Shown here piece by piece: positions 8,668-18,914 of a DNA stretch of 62,028 bases. The translations under genes and the position numbers were made by a program. The number at the start of each line of letters is the position of its first letter. The stretch's first letter is position 1. The notes beneath the pieces are model-generated. The model was not told where the DNA came from. It worked only from the letters and a program-made list of their open reading frames with translations, and ran no database searches. Source of the stretch: a virus (lineage: Duplodnaviria > Caudoviricetes); the IMG/VR virus record IMGVR_UViG_3300036715_003821, positions 1-62,028 of that record; one strand, 5' to 3'.

Positions 8668-10173
8668 TCATAATCTATGATTATATAAGTTATACACCTT
8701 GCCAAAAGGTGGTTGAAAATCTGTATTCTCTGATGTGATAATCCAATAAACAGGAATTTTAGGTGCTATATCTACATAATCAGCTGGTGTTAAATAACCA
8801 TCTGTCAAGATTACTAAAAAGTCAGCATCACCTAGTTCTTTCTTGTAATTTTCAAAGAAAGATCTAAATACAGTACCTCCACGTCCCTTTACTTTGAATT
8901 TTGATAATTCAGTAGTGGTACAATCTTCCAATTTAAGTGTATTTTCCCAGTACACTTCACTATCTGCGGGGACTAAGTTTCCAACTGAGATTTCTTTAAA
9001 AGCAGCCAATTGGCTTACTGCAAAAGTAATATCATCAATGCTCATAGAACCAGAGGTATCGCATAATGCATGGAATTTTGTAACATTGGAGAAGCGCCTT
9101 GGTTCATAAACGCCATAAATCATTTTCTTTGATTTAAATGTTGACCAATTGTTCTTTTCATCGCCTTCACGAATTGTTTGGATTGTAGATTTAATTTTAT
9201 CTTGCCAGCGAAGAACTGGCGCTAACAATTGATCAATTTCATCATCCAAACCAGCAGGTACTTTACCACCTGATTTTTTAGCAATTTCAGATGCATTGTA
9301 AATGCGTTTTGCAATATCTTTTTCAGATACTTCGCAATCAAAATGATCATCCAATGTATCACCCAATGAAAATATACCATCAGCAATATCTTTGCCAAAT
9401 TTCTTTTCAGCAGTATGATACATCTTTAAAAGATGATTGTAAAGCTTTTCTGGAGTACCAAATTCTTCTGTCATATTAGGGTCCATGACAGGACGCATTT
9501 TTTTATTTTCTTGCCGCTCCAAAGATTTTTTTTGATCATCTGTAAGTTGCTTATCTTCTAAAGAAGACGCTGAAAATCCCCCTTCCTTTAAAAGTTGATC
9601 AAGTTGGTTTCTAATTTCTTTGGGAAAATCTTTTACAGATTTATTTTTGAGAATCAAATCTGAGTAATCAGATATTGTCATATAATCGCCAAGATGTTGT
9701 TTAAACAATTTTGCAGCACCTTCACGACCAAAAACAGAACCATATGTTGCTTGAAGAAGATTTGGCACTGTGCGTGCTGCCAAATCTTCTATAATGATTT
9801 TATGAACAATAAAATCAACAGCAATATTCCATAGCTTTGGCTTACGTCCACCCACACGATTTGGATGCATAAATTGAGAATGCAAAGCTTCATGGCAAGA
9901 AACAATCCGCACACCAATTGGTGATAGTTTTAAAATGAATTTTGGATTCCAATAAAACCTACTACCATTTGTTGCTGCCGTTGGAATATTAAGAGTTGCA
10001 GTATGTTCTATTGTATTAAGCAATGAGCAATAAAACGGATCACCACCAATACCAGTAACATGATTTCTATCATCTACACGAAGAGATAATTCGAAAAATA
10101 TCTTGGTAAGAATTTTTTCCGCCTGCATAATCATGGCATCATCAACTTCGCCAATTTTATTAGAAAATTTCAT
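8668..10173 (-). CDS. DUF2201-type metallopeptidase-VWA protein
   Basis: TAATNG, HEALH, WNIAVD; MIDAS DTSGSM, GRGGT, LTDGY. Confidence 0.88.
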   Translation of the reverse strand: MKFSNKIGEVDDAMIMQAEKILTKIFFELSLRVDDRNHVTGIGGDPFYCSLLNTIEHTATLNIPTAATNGSRFYWNPKFILKLSPIGVRIVSCHEALHSQFMHPNRVGGRKPKLWNIAVDFIVHKIIIEDLAARTVPNLLQATYGSVFGREGAAKLFKQHLGDYMTISDYSDLILKNKSVKDFPKEIRNQLDQLLKEGGFSASSLEDKQLTDDQKKSLERQENKKMRPVMDPNMTEEFGTPEKLYNHLLKMYHTAEKKFGKDIADGIFSLGDTLDDHFDCEVSEKDIAKRIYNASEIAKKSGGKVPAGLDDEIDQLLAPVLRWQDKIKSTIQTIREGDEKNNWSTFKSKKMIYGVYEPRRFSNVTKFHALCDTSGSMSIDDITFAVSQLAAFKEISVGNLVPADSEVYWENTLKLEDCTTTELSKFKVKGRGGTVFRSFFENYKKELGDADFLVILTDGYLTPADYVDIAPKIPVYWIITSENTDFQPPFGKVYNLYNHRL

Positions 10174-10184
10174 AAAACACCTTT

Positions 10185-10209
10185 AAAAAAAAGGAGATAG
10201 TCTCCCTTT
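10185..10209 (-). terminator. putative intrinsic terminator/attenuator
   Basis: GGAGA/TCTCC stem followed by a U8 run on the - strand. Confidence 0.5.
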
Positions 10210-10212
10210 GAA

Positions 10213-11499
10213 TTATTCATATTTTTGTTCTTCGGCAAAAGAAAGTACTTTATCAATAACAGGACCGATTCCTGGTCGTTTATCAAGAATGTGTTTATAG
10301 ATAACTTCTCGCCCAAGTTGTGATCTAAAGACCATCATCAAGTCTTCAAGCGGGATAATATCCAAGAAGTTTGATATTGATTGAATTGTTTTTTCAACGC
10401 TTTCTTTGTATGTTGGCAACTGCAAACCTTTATCTGTAAAGGTCGCTGGCTTTTGTGTGGAAAGAATGATTGCAAGTCTACTTCCAACAATCATAGACAA
10501 AAAGATTTGCTTTTGGCGTGATCCATCTTTTGCATGAAGAAGAGCATCGTATTTTTCTTTAATCACTTTTTTATCTGAGTTTTCTTGGCAGATAAGATCT
10601 GCCAAAGGAATCAAATCAATATAATGCTCATAATAAAGCTCAAACTTCTTACCCATGTAGTTACCCACACAAGAGCAAACTTTTTGCTTTAAAATATGTT
10701 TAAAAAGATCTTCTTGAGATTCTTTGCCAGAATGATTTTTAAACGAAAAGGTTTCACGTTCAGCAGCGTAAAGAATATCAGATGCACGCTTCCATGAACG
10801 TGGAGAAACATCTTTATAACGATTATCCTCACTTACAGGTGCTTGTAAATGTTCTGGATGTTCTCGAAGATATGTCATTACAGCAGGGTGAATGTAACCA
10901 CGTGTTCTTGAATAATTTTCAAACGAGTTGAAATCCGCCTCTACCAAGAAAGCTTCACATCGATCGAGAAGAGGAGCGGAAGGTTTACGAGCACCTTCCG
11001 AAAGAAGATTTCCCGTCATAATCACACAGCGAAGATTTGGAAGCAAAACACCATTTGCGGTTTTTGTTTGCAAGATTTCAAGAACTGGTGATTCCACAGA
11101 ACGATCTGCTTTATCAATTTCATCCAAGATAAGAACAACTTGTGGTCCATTTGGACCCGCCGGTTTAATAAGCTCTTCGTAATAATAAGGAAGCAAAAAC
11201 TTAACAAACTTTTCCTTACCTTCTTGATCACTATTTTTGATATCATTGAGCTTACCAATAAGATCAGGATATCCAGCTAATTCAGGCTTATCAATAAGTG
11301 ATAAGTTTAGAAATACGCTAATAAAACCAAGATTTGAAACCACTTGAGATACAAGCTCTGATTTACCTGTACCTCGTATTCCAAATACAGCAACATTTTG
11401 CTTGAATGAAATGCTCATTTCCAAATGATGCTCAAGCTCGATAGGTGAAATTACGGAAAGGTTATAATTGGCAAGTGATAATTGTTTTTCTTTAGACAT
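10213..11499 (-). CDS. MoxR-like AAA+ ATPase
   Basis: GIRGTGKS Walker A, LILDEIDKA Walker B, MTGN, PLLDR, SPRSW; adjacent to the VWA gene. Confidence 0.88.
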   Translation of the reverse strand: MSKEKQLSLANYNLSVISPIELEHHLEMSISFKQNVAVFGIRGTGKSELVSQVVSNLGFISVFLNLSLIDKPELAGYPDLIGKLNDIKNSDQEGKEKFVKFLLPYYYEELIKPAGPNGPQVVLILDEIDKADRSVESPVLEILQTKTANGVLLPNLRCVIMTGNLLSEGARKPSAPLLDRCEAFLVEADFNSFENYSRTRGYIHPAVMTYLREHPEHLQAPVSEDNRYKDVSPRSWKRASDILYAAERETFSFKNHSGKESQEDLFKHILKQKVCSCVGNYMGKKFELYYEHYIDLIPLADLICQENSDKKVIKEKYDALLHAKDGSRQKQIFLSMIVGSRLAIILSTQKPATFTDKGLQLPTYKESVEKTIQSISNFLDIIPLEDLMMVFRSQLGREVIYKHILDKRPGIGPVIDKVLSFAEEQKYE

Positions 11500-11529
11500 G
11501 TTTTTTATCCCCGAATGGTTTATGACTGT

Positions 11530-11557
11530 ATTATAAGGACGTGCAACGCGCTGTCAA
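11530..11557 (-). promoter_or_regulatory. sigma70-type promoter with GC-rich spacer
   Basis: TTGACA-gcgcgttgcacgtcct-TATAAT. Confidence 0.85.
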
Positions 11558-11772
11558 GTGGGGTTACTGTTTTCTTTTGCAAATTGGTACGTCACTTTTA
11601 CTTTATCATACGTATTGATTTTTGCAAAAGGATAATTTGGCGATTTAGAGTGTATTACCAAGCAATAATCATCATTTTGAATAATAATATCAGTACCAAG
11701 ATACCAGAAGTAATTTGATAAATTCATTTTCAATTTTGTTTTTGCCTGAAAAGCTTCTGAGTATGTCGCCAT
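11554..11772 (-). CDS. hypothetical protein
   Basis: 72-aa ORF. Confidence 0.6.
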   Translation of the reverse strand: MATYSEAFQAKTKLKMNLSNYFWYLGTDIIIQNDDYCLVIHSKSPNYPFAKINTYDKVKVTYQFAKENSNPT

Positions 11773-12072
11773 TTATTTACCTACTTTTTGAATAAAACTA
11801 ACCACAACAAGTGAACACATTGCTGAAGCAAATGCTGTCGCCAATATAAGTCGCGCATTCAAGCTGTCAAGCGGGTAAATCACCATCGACATAATATAAG
11901 ATGTATGAAAAGTTAAACAATAATAACAATCAAATAAAGAATAAAAAAACCCTCCAACATGTTTATTAGAGAGTAATTTAGATCTTAGATTTATAAAAAT
12001 ATCAAATGGTCCATTCAACTCTTTAATAAGAAATGCCAAGGATATAGCACTTAATATATTAAGTAATATCAT
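11773..12072 (-). CDS. DUF1360-like small membrane protein
   Basis: GPFDIF..LR, FYSLFDCYYCLTFH; hydrophobic helices. Confidence 0.65.
   Translation of the reverse strand: MILLNILSAISLAFLIKELNGPFDIFINLRSKLLSNKHVGGFFYSLFDCYYCLTFHTSYIMSMVIYPLDSLNARLILATAFASAMCSLVVVSFIQKVGK
11843..11870 (-). promoter_or_regulatory. intragenic sigma70-type promoter
   Basis: TTGACA-gcttgaatgcgcgact-TATATT. Confidence 0.7.
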
Positions 12073-12634
12073 GAAATAAATCCTTATGTTGGATAAGAGA
12101 ATCAAAATATACTGCGCATTTGTTACCAAATTGCAAATAAGTAAGTTTAGGTTCATCGAATAAGTTTTTTTCATGAAGCAAATTCAATCCAACAAAAGCT
12201 TTTAAATCAGCTGACCAATCTACCAAATCTACACTCATAAAAGCTATATATTGATTTGGAGAAAGTTGATCAAATATTTCTTTGTCATAATGCCTTGCTT
12301 TCCCATTTCCCTTTTGGAAAAGCCATGATGTACCATATTTTTTACCCTGCTCAACATTTTGAGATTTAACATGAACATTGTATCTATCACCTTTTAAATC
12401 AAAATCCCATGACTTATTTTTTGCTTCATAGATTTTAAAATCAGGTTCTGTTAAATTCTCAATTTTACCCTTTAACAAATGATAAGCAGCCACCTCACCC
12501 AATTTACCAATAAAAGCATCTTTCTTTCTTTTATCATCATTTAGTTGACCACGCTGTGCATACAAAGAAGTGTTTACATCCTGAGAAAAAGTCTTACACG
12601 CTAAAATGTCTTGTTTTGTAAAATTATATTCCAT
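12059..12634 (-). CDS. possible PD-(D/E)XK-fold nuclease
   Basis: GKLGE..PDF..DFDL..HVKS pattern. Confidence 0.5.
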   Translation of the reverse strand: MEYNFTKQDILACKTFSQDVNTSLYAQRGQLNDDKRKKDAFIGKLGEVAAYHLLKGKIENLTEPDFKIYEAKNKSWDFDLKGDRYNVHVKSQNVEQGKKYGTSWLFQKGNGKARHYDKEIFDQLSPNQYIAFMSVDLVDWSADLKAFVGLNLLHEKNLFDEPKLTYLQFGNKCAVYFDSLIQHKDLFHDIT

Positions 12635-12647
12635 AGCAATACATATA

Positions 12648-12968
12648 TCATTTTAAGAACCTTGACAAATCTTTTTTGTTAGTCACTAAGTCTTTGGTTT
12701 TACTATCTTTTTTAGGTGTAATTTTCTTTGGAGTACCTTCAAATTCTGCTTCAACAATAATAACATATTTTGATTTTATAAACATATCAATGATTTCATT
12801 AATATATTCATCTTGAATATTGACTTTGAAACCGAATTCAAATGTAGAAGAAACCGTATGTTCAACAGATATTTTTCTTTTCATGTTTTTTATCATGGAT
12901 TCAAATATCTTTTTAACTTCATCTTTTTTATAATTAACAATATCTAGAAATATATAATAATTTTTCAT
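12648..12968 (-). CDS. hypothetical protein
   Basis: 106-aa ORF. Confidence 0.6.
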   Translation of the reverse strand: MKNYYIFLDIVNYKKDEVKKIFESMIKNMKRKISVEHTVSSTFEFGFKVNIQDEYINEIIDMFIKSKYVIIVEAEFEGTPKKITPKKDSKTKDLVTNKKDLSRFLK

Positions 12969-14431
12969 TTTACAATTTCATTTGATAAAAACTGATTAAA
13001 TGTTGAAACCTCTGGTTTATTGTATTTGTAGATAAAATACAACTTTTTCCTTGCACGAGTAATGGCAACATAAGAGATATTTTTTTCTTCTTCAGAAGTT
13101 TGCTTGAATGTATCCCAAAGTAAAAATACATTATCTCTTTCAAGACCTTTTGCTTTATGAGTTGAAGATAAGATAATCTTATCTCTATCATCTGTTTTTG
13201 TGAACAAGGCTTTAATAAGATCCAATAGTTCTTGAACTGTTTTTGCATTTTCGCATAAATTTTCCAATGTTTCTACACGATCTTGAACATATTCAATACT
13301 TTTATTTTCCAATACAAGTTTTGCTATTTCTTTTTTTCTATATTTTTCCAAATATTTTTTAAAAGCATCTATTGATTTTGTATTGCTTTTGTTGATAAAC
13401 CAAATTAAATTATCAGCAATATCACTACCTTGGATATTTGCTGGTATTTTATTTTTAATCAATTTCATACATATTTTGATAAGAGGTGCATTTGTACGTG
13501 ATAAAATAAAGTCACCTTTTTTAACATAATCAAGAAGCTCCGTATCCAAGATGTCTTTTACTTCTCCATCTGGCGCATCTTTCGTATATTGAAAATCAGC
13601 TGCATATTTCTGCGCAATAAAAACAACATTTTTGGGGCAACGATATGTGATTGGTAATTTAAATTGTTTGGCAGATAATTGTTCCAAAGTTTCTTCTACG
13701 TTTTTAATATCTGCACCCATAAAAGAATAAATTGCTTGTTTAGGGTCAAGAAATATGATTATTTTACTTGTTTCATGAGCGGCAGATAACGCAATTTTTA
13801 ATTGTGCGGGGCTCATATCTTGAGCTTCGTCAATAAAAATATAATCATATTTACCAATGCTTAAATTGTAAACATAAGGAAAATAAATCATATCTCCATA
13901 ATCAATTTGTTTTGTTATTTTTTTGCATTTATCCAAACCCTTTATAATAACAGATATGTATTCATCTTCTGTTAAATCACATATATTTATGCTGTGTTTT
14001 TTTATAAGGTATTTTATTTTTGATGGATAATCAGCTAAACAAGATTTGCATAATGTTGTAAACTCACATAATGAATCCATAAGATCTTGTTTTTTTGGAT
14101 CAACAAGTTGTTGATAAATGGCGTGCATTTTGCCTCCAAAAAATTGAACATCAGATCCAAAGCGTCTTTTTACAGCAGAATATCCAAATGAATGGATAGT
14201 ATTACAATCCACATAAGGTGGACATCTATCTTTTAATTCGTTGGCAATGGACTTATTAAAGGCAGCCAACATTACTTTCTTACCTTTTGGTACAAACTTC
14301 AAAGAATGTATGAGAGAAAATGTTTTACCAACACCTGCTCTAGCAATTACTGCCATATTATTTGTGCCAGAGTTTATTTCTTTAAATATTAACTTTTGAT
14401 AATCTGAATATTCTATTTTTGCTTTTGTCAT
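12965..14431 (-). CDS. UvrD/Rep-like SF1 helicase
   Basis: ARAGVGKT, IDEAQD, QAIYSF, TYRCP, STHKAKGLE, YVAITRA. Confidence 0.92.
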   Translation of the reverse strand: MTKAKIEYSDYQKLIFKEINSGTNNMAVIARAGVGKTFSLIHSLKFVPKGKKVMLAAFNKSIANELKDRCPPYVDCNTIHSFGYSAVKRRFGSDVQFFGGKMHAIYQQLVDPKKQDLMDSLCEFTTLCKSCLADYPSKIKYLIKKHSINICDLTEDEYISVIIKGLDKCKKITKQIDYGDMIYFPYVYNLSIGKYDYIFIDEAQDMSPAQLKIALSAAHETSKIIIFLDPKQAIYSFMGADIKNVEETLEQLSAKQFKLPITYRCPKNVVFIAQKYAADFQYTKDAPDGEVKDILDTELLDYVKKGDFILSRTNAPLIKICMKLIKNKIPANIQGSDIADNLIWFINKSNTKSIDAFKKYLEKYRKKEIAKLVLENKSIEYVQDRVETLENLCENAKTVQELLDLIKALFTKTDDRDKIILSSTHKAKGLERDNVFLLWDTFKQTSEEEKNISYVAITRARKKLYFIYKYNKPEVSTFNQFLSNEIVK

Positions 14432-15339
14432 ATAATCATTACTCTCAACATATCATAGGGCTTTGCATTGTCGCCATATTTCGTTAAATACAATGCTGGA
14501 CCAAACCTTTCAAAAGAATAAATCATTTGTTTATCATCTTTTGAAAATTGCCTCACATTATATTGAGCGGCATAATGGATATTACTTATTATATCTTTAG
14601 GGATGATTATTGAATCGATTTTTTTTACGCAAGCATTTGATTTACTTATATTAATGTATTTTAATAATTTAGCTGGATCATTTATTATATTTTGTATATT
14701 GGATACATTGAATGATTTTGGAAATTTAGCAAAGATAAAAGCATTTTTAACTTCTTTTGTTTTATAATCATGCAAAGTTTTAAAGTTAAATTTTTTCGTA
14801 TCACCCCTACCGAGATAAACAAATATTGCTTTTCCTTTAGACATATAAACATCACCTTCTTGCATTTCATTTTGTTTTATGAATGGAAGTAAATGTAATT
14901 TTTGTCTTAATATTAATTCATTAAATTTGCTCGAACCAACCCTTACTAATTGGAAGTAATTATTTGTATAAGCCCATATAAAATTTGAATCAATAATTCC
15001 CTTTGTTTTAACACCAACATTTATAAAACACTCTGACATGGTTAGTAGTGAAATGTGATGCATATATCCATCACTCATCAAAACGTTAAAAGAACCATTG
15101 AAATGACTATCAATGATTCTAAGACCGTTTAGAAAAGTGTTTTTTTTAACAAACACATGATGTGCATTGCTGGTTTTTTTTATCTTTTGAATTTCTTTGT
15201 CAGATAAAGAAGATAAAACAGGGGTAACAATTGATGCCTGGATTTCATCCAAACCAAGTGAACCATTGAAAGGTTCAATATCTTGTTTTTGTTTAACTAG
15301 ATAAATAATATTCTCTGGGAAAAATTTTCCATATTCCAT
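14428..15339 (-). CDS. hypothetical protein
   Basis: 303-aa ORF. Confidence 0.7.
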   Translation of the reverse strand: MEYGKFFPENIIYLVKQKQDIEPFNGSLGLDEIQASIVTPVLSSLSDKEIQKIKKTSNAHHVFVKKNTFLNGLRIIDSHFNGSFNVLMSDGYMHHISLLTMSECFINVGVKTKGIIDSNFIWAYTNNYFQLVRVGSSKFNELILRQKLHLLPFIKQNEMQEGDVYMSKGKAIFVYLGRGDTKKFNFKTLHDYKTKEVKNAFIFAKFPKSFNVSNIQNIINDPAKLLKYINISKSNACVKKIDSIIIPKDIISNIHYAAQYNVRQFSKDDKQMIYSFERFGPALYLTKYGDNAKPYDMLRVMII

Positions 15340-15360
15340 AGAGAAATATCAATAAAATAG

Positions 15361-15648
15361 TTATTTCTTCAATACACACATAATACCATCTTCACGTAAG
15401 ACATAGTATTTTACATCTTCTAATTCAATTTGTTTTGCAGATGATGGGGCAAATACAACCTCATCACCAACTTTTACTTGTAATTCAACCAATTTACCAT
15501 GATCCATAAAGCCAGGTCCAACAGCAACCACTTTTGATGTAACAACTTCTTTTTTTACAGTAGTTGTTAGAAATAAGCCACCAGCTGTTTTTTCGGTTTC
15601 ATCGGGCACAGATACAAAAACAAAGTCATTTAACGGTAATAATTCCAT
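15361..15648 (-). CDS. groES: co-chaperonin GroES
   Basis: LLPLNDFV, KTAGGL, VVAVGPG, VKVGDEV. Confidence 0.93.
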   Translation of the reverse strand: MELLPLNDFVFVSVPDETEKTAGGLFLTTTVKKEVVTSKVVAVGPGFMDHGKLVELQVKVGDEVVFAPSSAKQIELEDVKYYVLREDGIMCVLKK

Positions 15649-15701
15649 AATAAATCTCCTAGTGAAAGGTATTATATCATGGAATTACATGTGGTAAAAA
15701 T

Positions 15702-16019
15702 TTAGTTATCAAAGCGTTTCTTGATTTTTACGTAATGTTGATTGATACGTAAAACAATATCATTTGCTTGGCAACAAGCATCCCCAAATAATGGGTTTTT
15801 AGATATTTTCTCAAAGTAAGATTTAATAAAAGGTAAGCTCTCTGGTTCCATAAATTGGACGGCATATTCAAATCCCTCATCATAAATTCTTTGAATATGA
15901 CTTTGTATTTTAGATCCTGAATTTGAATATTCTTTGCAAATATCCAACAAATCCGAAATATCAATTGGGTTACTGAACTCGTCATCAGAAATGAAATCAT
16001 CTGATTTTTTTAAAGGCAT
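15702..16019 (-). CDS. hypothetical protein
   Basis: 105-aa ORF with AGGAGG RBS. Confidence 0.7.
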   Translation of the reverse strand: MPLKKSDDFISDDEFSNPIDISDLLDICKEYSNSGSKIQSHIQRIYDEGFEYAVQFMEPESLPFIKSYFEKISKNPLFGDACCQANDIVLRINQHYVKIKKRFDN

Positions 16020-16057
16020 AAATCCTCCTTGGGTTGAGCTTACAGGAATATGCTAAA

Positions 16058-16375
16058 TTATTCTAAATATTTATCATTTTGAATACTTTGCGTTTTTACA
16101 ACTAAAGTAATTGTGTCTTCCAAAACTTCAAAAGATGTAGAATCATTTGGCTCCACAATGATTATATCACCAGTACTAAAGATCCTATCAAACATCTTTA
16201 CTTTTCCTGAAGCAATAACAGTTATTTCCGTTGCTATTTTATGATGATGCTTTTGTTCAAAATCACCATTTTTATAATATTTCAAACCAACTTCATAATT
16301 TTCTTTTAAAATAGAAGGTTCAAAATTACCAACAATCCAACCTTTGAAAAAATCATTTATGTTTTTTACAATCAT
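16058..16375 (-). CDS. cupin-fold protein
   Basis: GWIVGNF, KHHHKIATE, GDIIIVEP. Confidence 0.75.
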   Translation of the reverse strand: MIVKNINDFFKGWIVGNFEPSILKENYEVGLKYYKNGDFEQKHHHKIATEITVIASGKVKMFDRIFSTGDIIIVEPNDSTSFEVLEDTITLVVKTQSIQNDKYLE

Positions 16376-16926
16376 AAAAATTCTTTTAAATCATCATATT
16401 CAAAATCAATTTCATTTGAATATTTCTCTTCCAATAACAATTCAACAGAAGCGTACTTTTTCTTATAGTATGTAGAATCTGCAGATGGCTGTACATCAAA
16501 TTTATCCACCAACTTAAGTTGAATAGATCTTGCATACTTACCCGCACAAGATTTGCCGCAAAAAGGACCCGCTTTTTCTTTTTTGTTTCTTTCACGCATC
16601 AATCTTGGACTACGTTCAAATTCTTTGCCACACCAAGAGCATATGCATTTTACAGGATGAACTCGCTTTGTATCTTCTGCCGAATGTTCCTCACGGGTAA
16701 GTATTCTAAAGTTAGAAATATCATTGTTGTCATAATCACTATCCCAATGATCTACTGTTTCATCCATAGTTAATGGACGACCAAGATGCTCACTCATAAG
16801 CCATTTTGGATAAGACATGGTTTTTCGATTACCAGAATTCTCTATAATAACAACGAATTTTCTTCCATTTGGTTTTGTATAAGGACCTAATACCCTCATA
16901 CCATTATCTGTTATTTTTAATGCCAT
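16372..16926 (-). CDS. HNH endonuclease with C-terminal Zn ribbon
   Basis: TVDHWDSDYDNNDISNFRILTREEH; CSWC..FCGKSC. Confidence 0.8.
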   Translation of the reverse strand: MALKITDNGMRVLGPYTKPNGRKFVVIIENSGNRKTMSYPKWLMSEHLGRPLTMDETVDHWDSDYDNNDISNFRILTREEHSAEDTKRVHPVKCICSWCGKEFERSPRLMRERNKKEKAGPFCGKSCAGKYARSIQLKLVDKFDVQPSADSTYYKKKYASVELLLEEKYSNEIDFEYDDLKEFL

Positions 16927-16990
16927 GATTATATGTTAAATTAGCAGCATTTAATGGCATTAGGTTGGCGCAAGTTTACTTAGGAGTTTT

Positions 16991-17692
16991 ATGAATAAAT
17001 TTTCCGGAGAAATCGAAGCGCAATCTGTTGTGGATTTAATACAAATTCACATTACTCAGGGTGTGCCCGTAAAAATAAAAATTAAAGGGACTTTATTCGA
17101 AGCTTATCTTTGGATAGATAAAGGTACTGTTGTACACGCAGAATTAAATGATTTATCTGGTGTGGACGCATTTTATCAAGCAATCATGATGGACCAAGGT
17201 TTATTTTCTGTTGAAGCGAATGTTGAAGCTCCAGTTCAATCCATGCATAAACCTTTCACTGAACTTGTTTTAGAATCATATGTATTAATTGATGAAGGTA
17301 AAATCAAAAAACAAGAACCTAAAATCAATAAAAAAAGTGATTCATTTAAAACATGGCAAAGCAAATTGGAAGAATTTGCAAATATCGATGGCTTTTGCTG
17401 CTCTTTATTAATTGATACCACCAATGGGATGTGTGTTTTTGATAAGTTTGTTAACAAAGATTTCCACTTAAAAAGCGAACAAATATCCGCTTTCTTAACT
17501 GAAGATTATAAAAACAAAAGAAAACTAGAAAATGCAATAGATGCCAAACTTATAGAAACAATAAATGTTTTTGAAAAATACTATTTCCTATACAGATTGA
17601 TTAGTAAAAAATATTTACTCGCAGTTGTATTATTATCAGAAAATACAAATCTAGCTATGGCTAGAATTATGCTTGAAGAAAACTCAAACTAA
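16991..17692 (+). CDS. DUF4388 (PATAN-like) plus Roadblock/LC7-like protein
   Basis: FSGEI..DLIQ..LWIDKGTVVHA..GVDAFY..GLF..LVLES; C-terminal IDGF..LLID..GM..NLAMARIML. Confidence 0.7.
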   Translation: MNKFSGEIEAQSVVDLIQIHITQGVPVKIKIKGTLFEAYLWIDKGTVVHAELNDLSGVDAFYQAIMMDQGLFSVEANVEAPVQSMHKPFTELVLESYVLIDEGKIKKQEPKINKKSDSFKTWQSKLEEFANIDGFCCSLLIDTTNGMCVFDKFVNKDFHLKSEQISAFLTEDYKNKRKLENAIDAKLIETINVFEKYYFLYRLISKKYLLAVVLLSENTNLAMARIMLEENSN

Positions 17693-17716
17693 AAAAACGC
17701 CGAAAGGCGTTTTTTA
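17690..17716. terminator. bidirectional intrinsic terminator
   Basis: aaaaaaaCGCCgaaaGGCGtttttt between convergent genes. Confidence 0.9.
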
Positions 17717-17719
17717 GTT

Positions 17720-18907
17720 TCAAATCTCGTATTGCATGTATGTATGATGGATATTACCACGACTGTCAAAAATAACATATCCTTTAAACTCATCATCATT
17801 GATCGCTGAGCAGTATAACTTTAATTCTGTATACTGAAGACCCAATTTTGAAAAGCTCACAGAAATTGGATACCAGTTTTCCTTTTTTGAACAATCTGAA
17901 TTTATAAATGCCGCAATATCTTTATTCTCTGAAGTATATTTGTTATAATCATTGTAAGGGGCAATTGCATAAATGTCTTGTGCAATTTCAGCTGTTTTAT
18001 TTGGTATATTGTCAGAAATTAATTTTTCAATCAAATCATCTAGTGAAATCTTATATTTTTCAAAAATAATTTTTGACTGCTTTTCTTTAACTTCATCTTT
18101 TGATAAATTCAATAACTCCCAAGTTGGGTCTGTGATTTGATAAAAAGATTTAACATATTTACGTTGCCTTGTTGAAAGTGGTGTTTCAATATCATAAACA
18201 TCCAAATATTTATAAAGATTTTCCTCAATATCCAACATGGCGGCGCTAAAAGCGTAACCATCTATGTCTTTTGTTTCATCCAAGAAATCCAAGGGTGTTT
18301 CAATTGGATCTCCAGACTGCAAATAAGTATATCCCAATTCTTCAAGAAGAGATTGTGTCTCACTTAATTTATTGGTTAACTTTAACATAGTTGGGATTTT
18401 TGAACCAAAACATTTTATCTGAATTAAACCATCAATCGGATCTATATTAAACGGAGTATATGCTTTGTTTTTATCCCATTCTGATTTTTCAAATAAAGTA
18501 ACGAAATAATCAAAATTATAAATATAAAAAGCAAAATAACACTCTTGAGGTTCGCATTTCTTTAAAGAAGTATCAACTTCTTCCTCTTTATTATCTTCTA
18601 ATTCTTTTTTAATTTTTTCTTTTTCTTTTTGTTTTTTGAAATCATTATTTGAAATCTCGGTAAAACCAAGTATTTTTAAATCAGATATTAGATCATGCAA
18701 ACTAATATCTGAATGAAAAATACCCTTATCATATCGGAAAGATTTTAAATCACTTAATATTTTAAAGATTTGTGGATATTTACCGCAAATATCTTCATCA
18801 AAAAAACCATCTTTTTCCCACTCAGTTTTTAAAGCAATTTTGAAGTAAGTGTTAAAAAAGCTGTTGGTAGATTTATCAGCATAAAAGCAGAAATCAGAAA
18901 TATTCAT
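17720..18907 (-). CDS. hypothetical protein
   Basis: 395-aa ORF. Confidence 0.7.
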   Translation of the reverse strand: MNISDFCFYADKSTNSFFNTYFKIALKTEWEKDGFFDEDICGKYPQIFKILSDLKSFRYDKGIFHSDISLHDLISDLKILGFTEISNNDFKKQKEKEKIKKELEDNKEEEVDTSLKKCEPQECYFAFYIYNFDYFVTLFEKSEWDKNKAYTPFNIDPIDGLIQIKCFGSKIPTMLKLTNKLSETQSLLEELGYTYLQSGDPIETPLDFLDETKDIDGYAFSAAMLDIEENLYKYLDVYDIETPLSTRQRKYVKSFYQITDPTWELLNLSKDEVKEKQSKIIFEKYKISLDDLIEKLISDNIPNKTAEIAQDIYAIAPYNDYNKYTSENKDIAAFINSDCSKKENWYPISVSFSKLGLQYTELKLYCSAINDDEFKGYVIFDSRGNIHHTYMQYEI

Positions 18908-18914
18908 ATTATCC

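Noticed and set aside
16372-16926. HNH gene as part of an intron or intein
   Set aside because: No split host gene around it; it appears free-standing.
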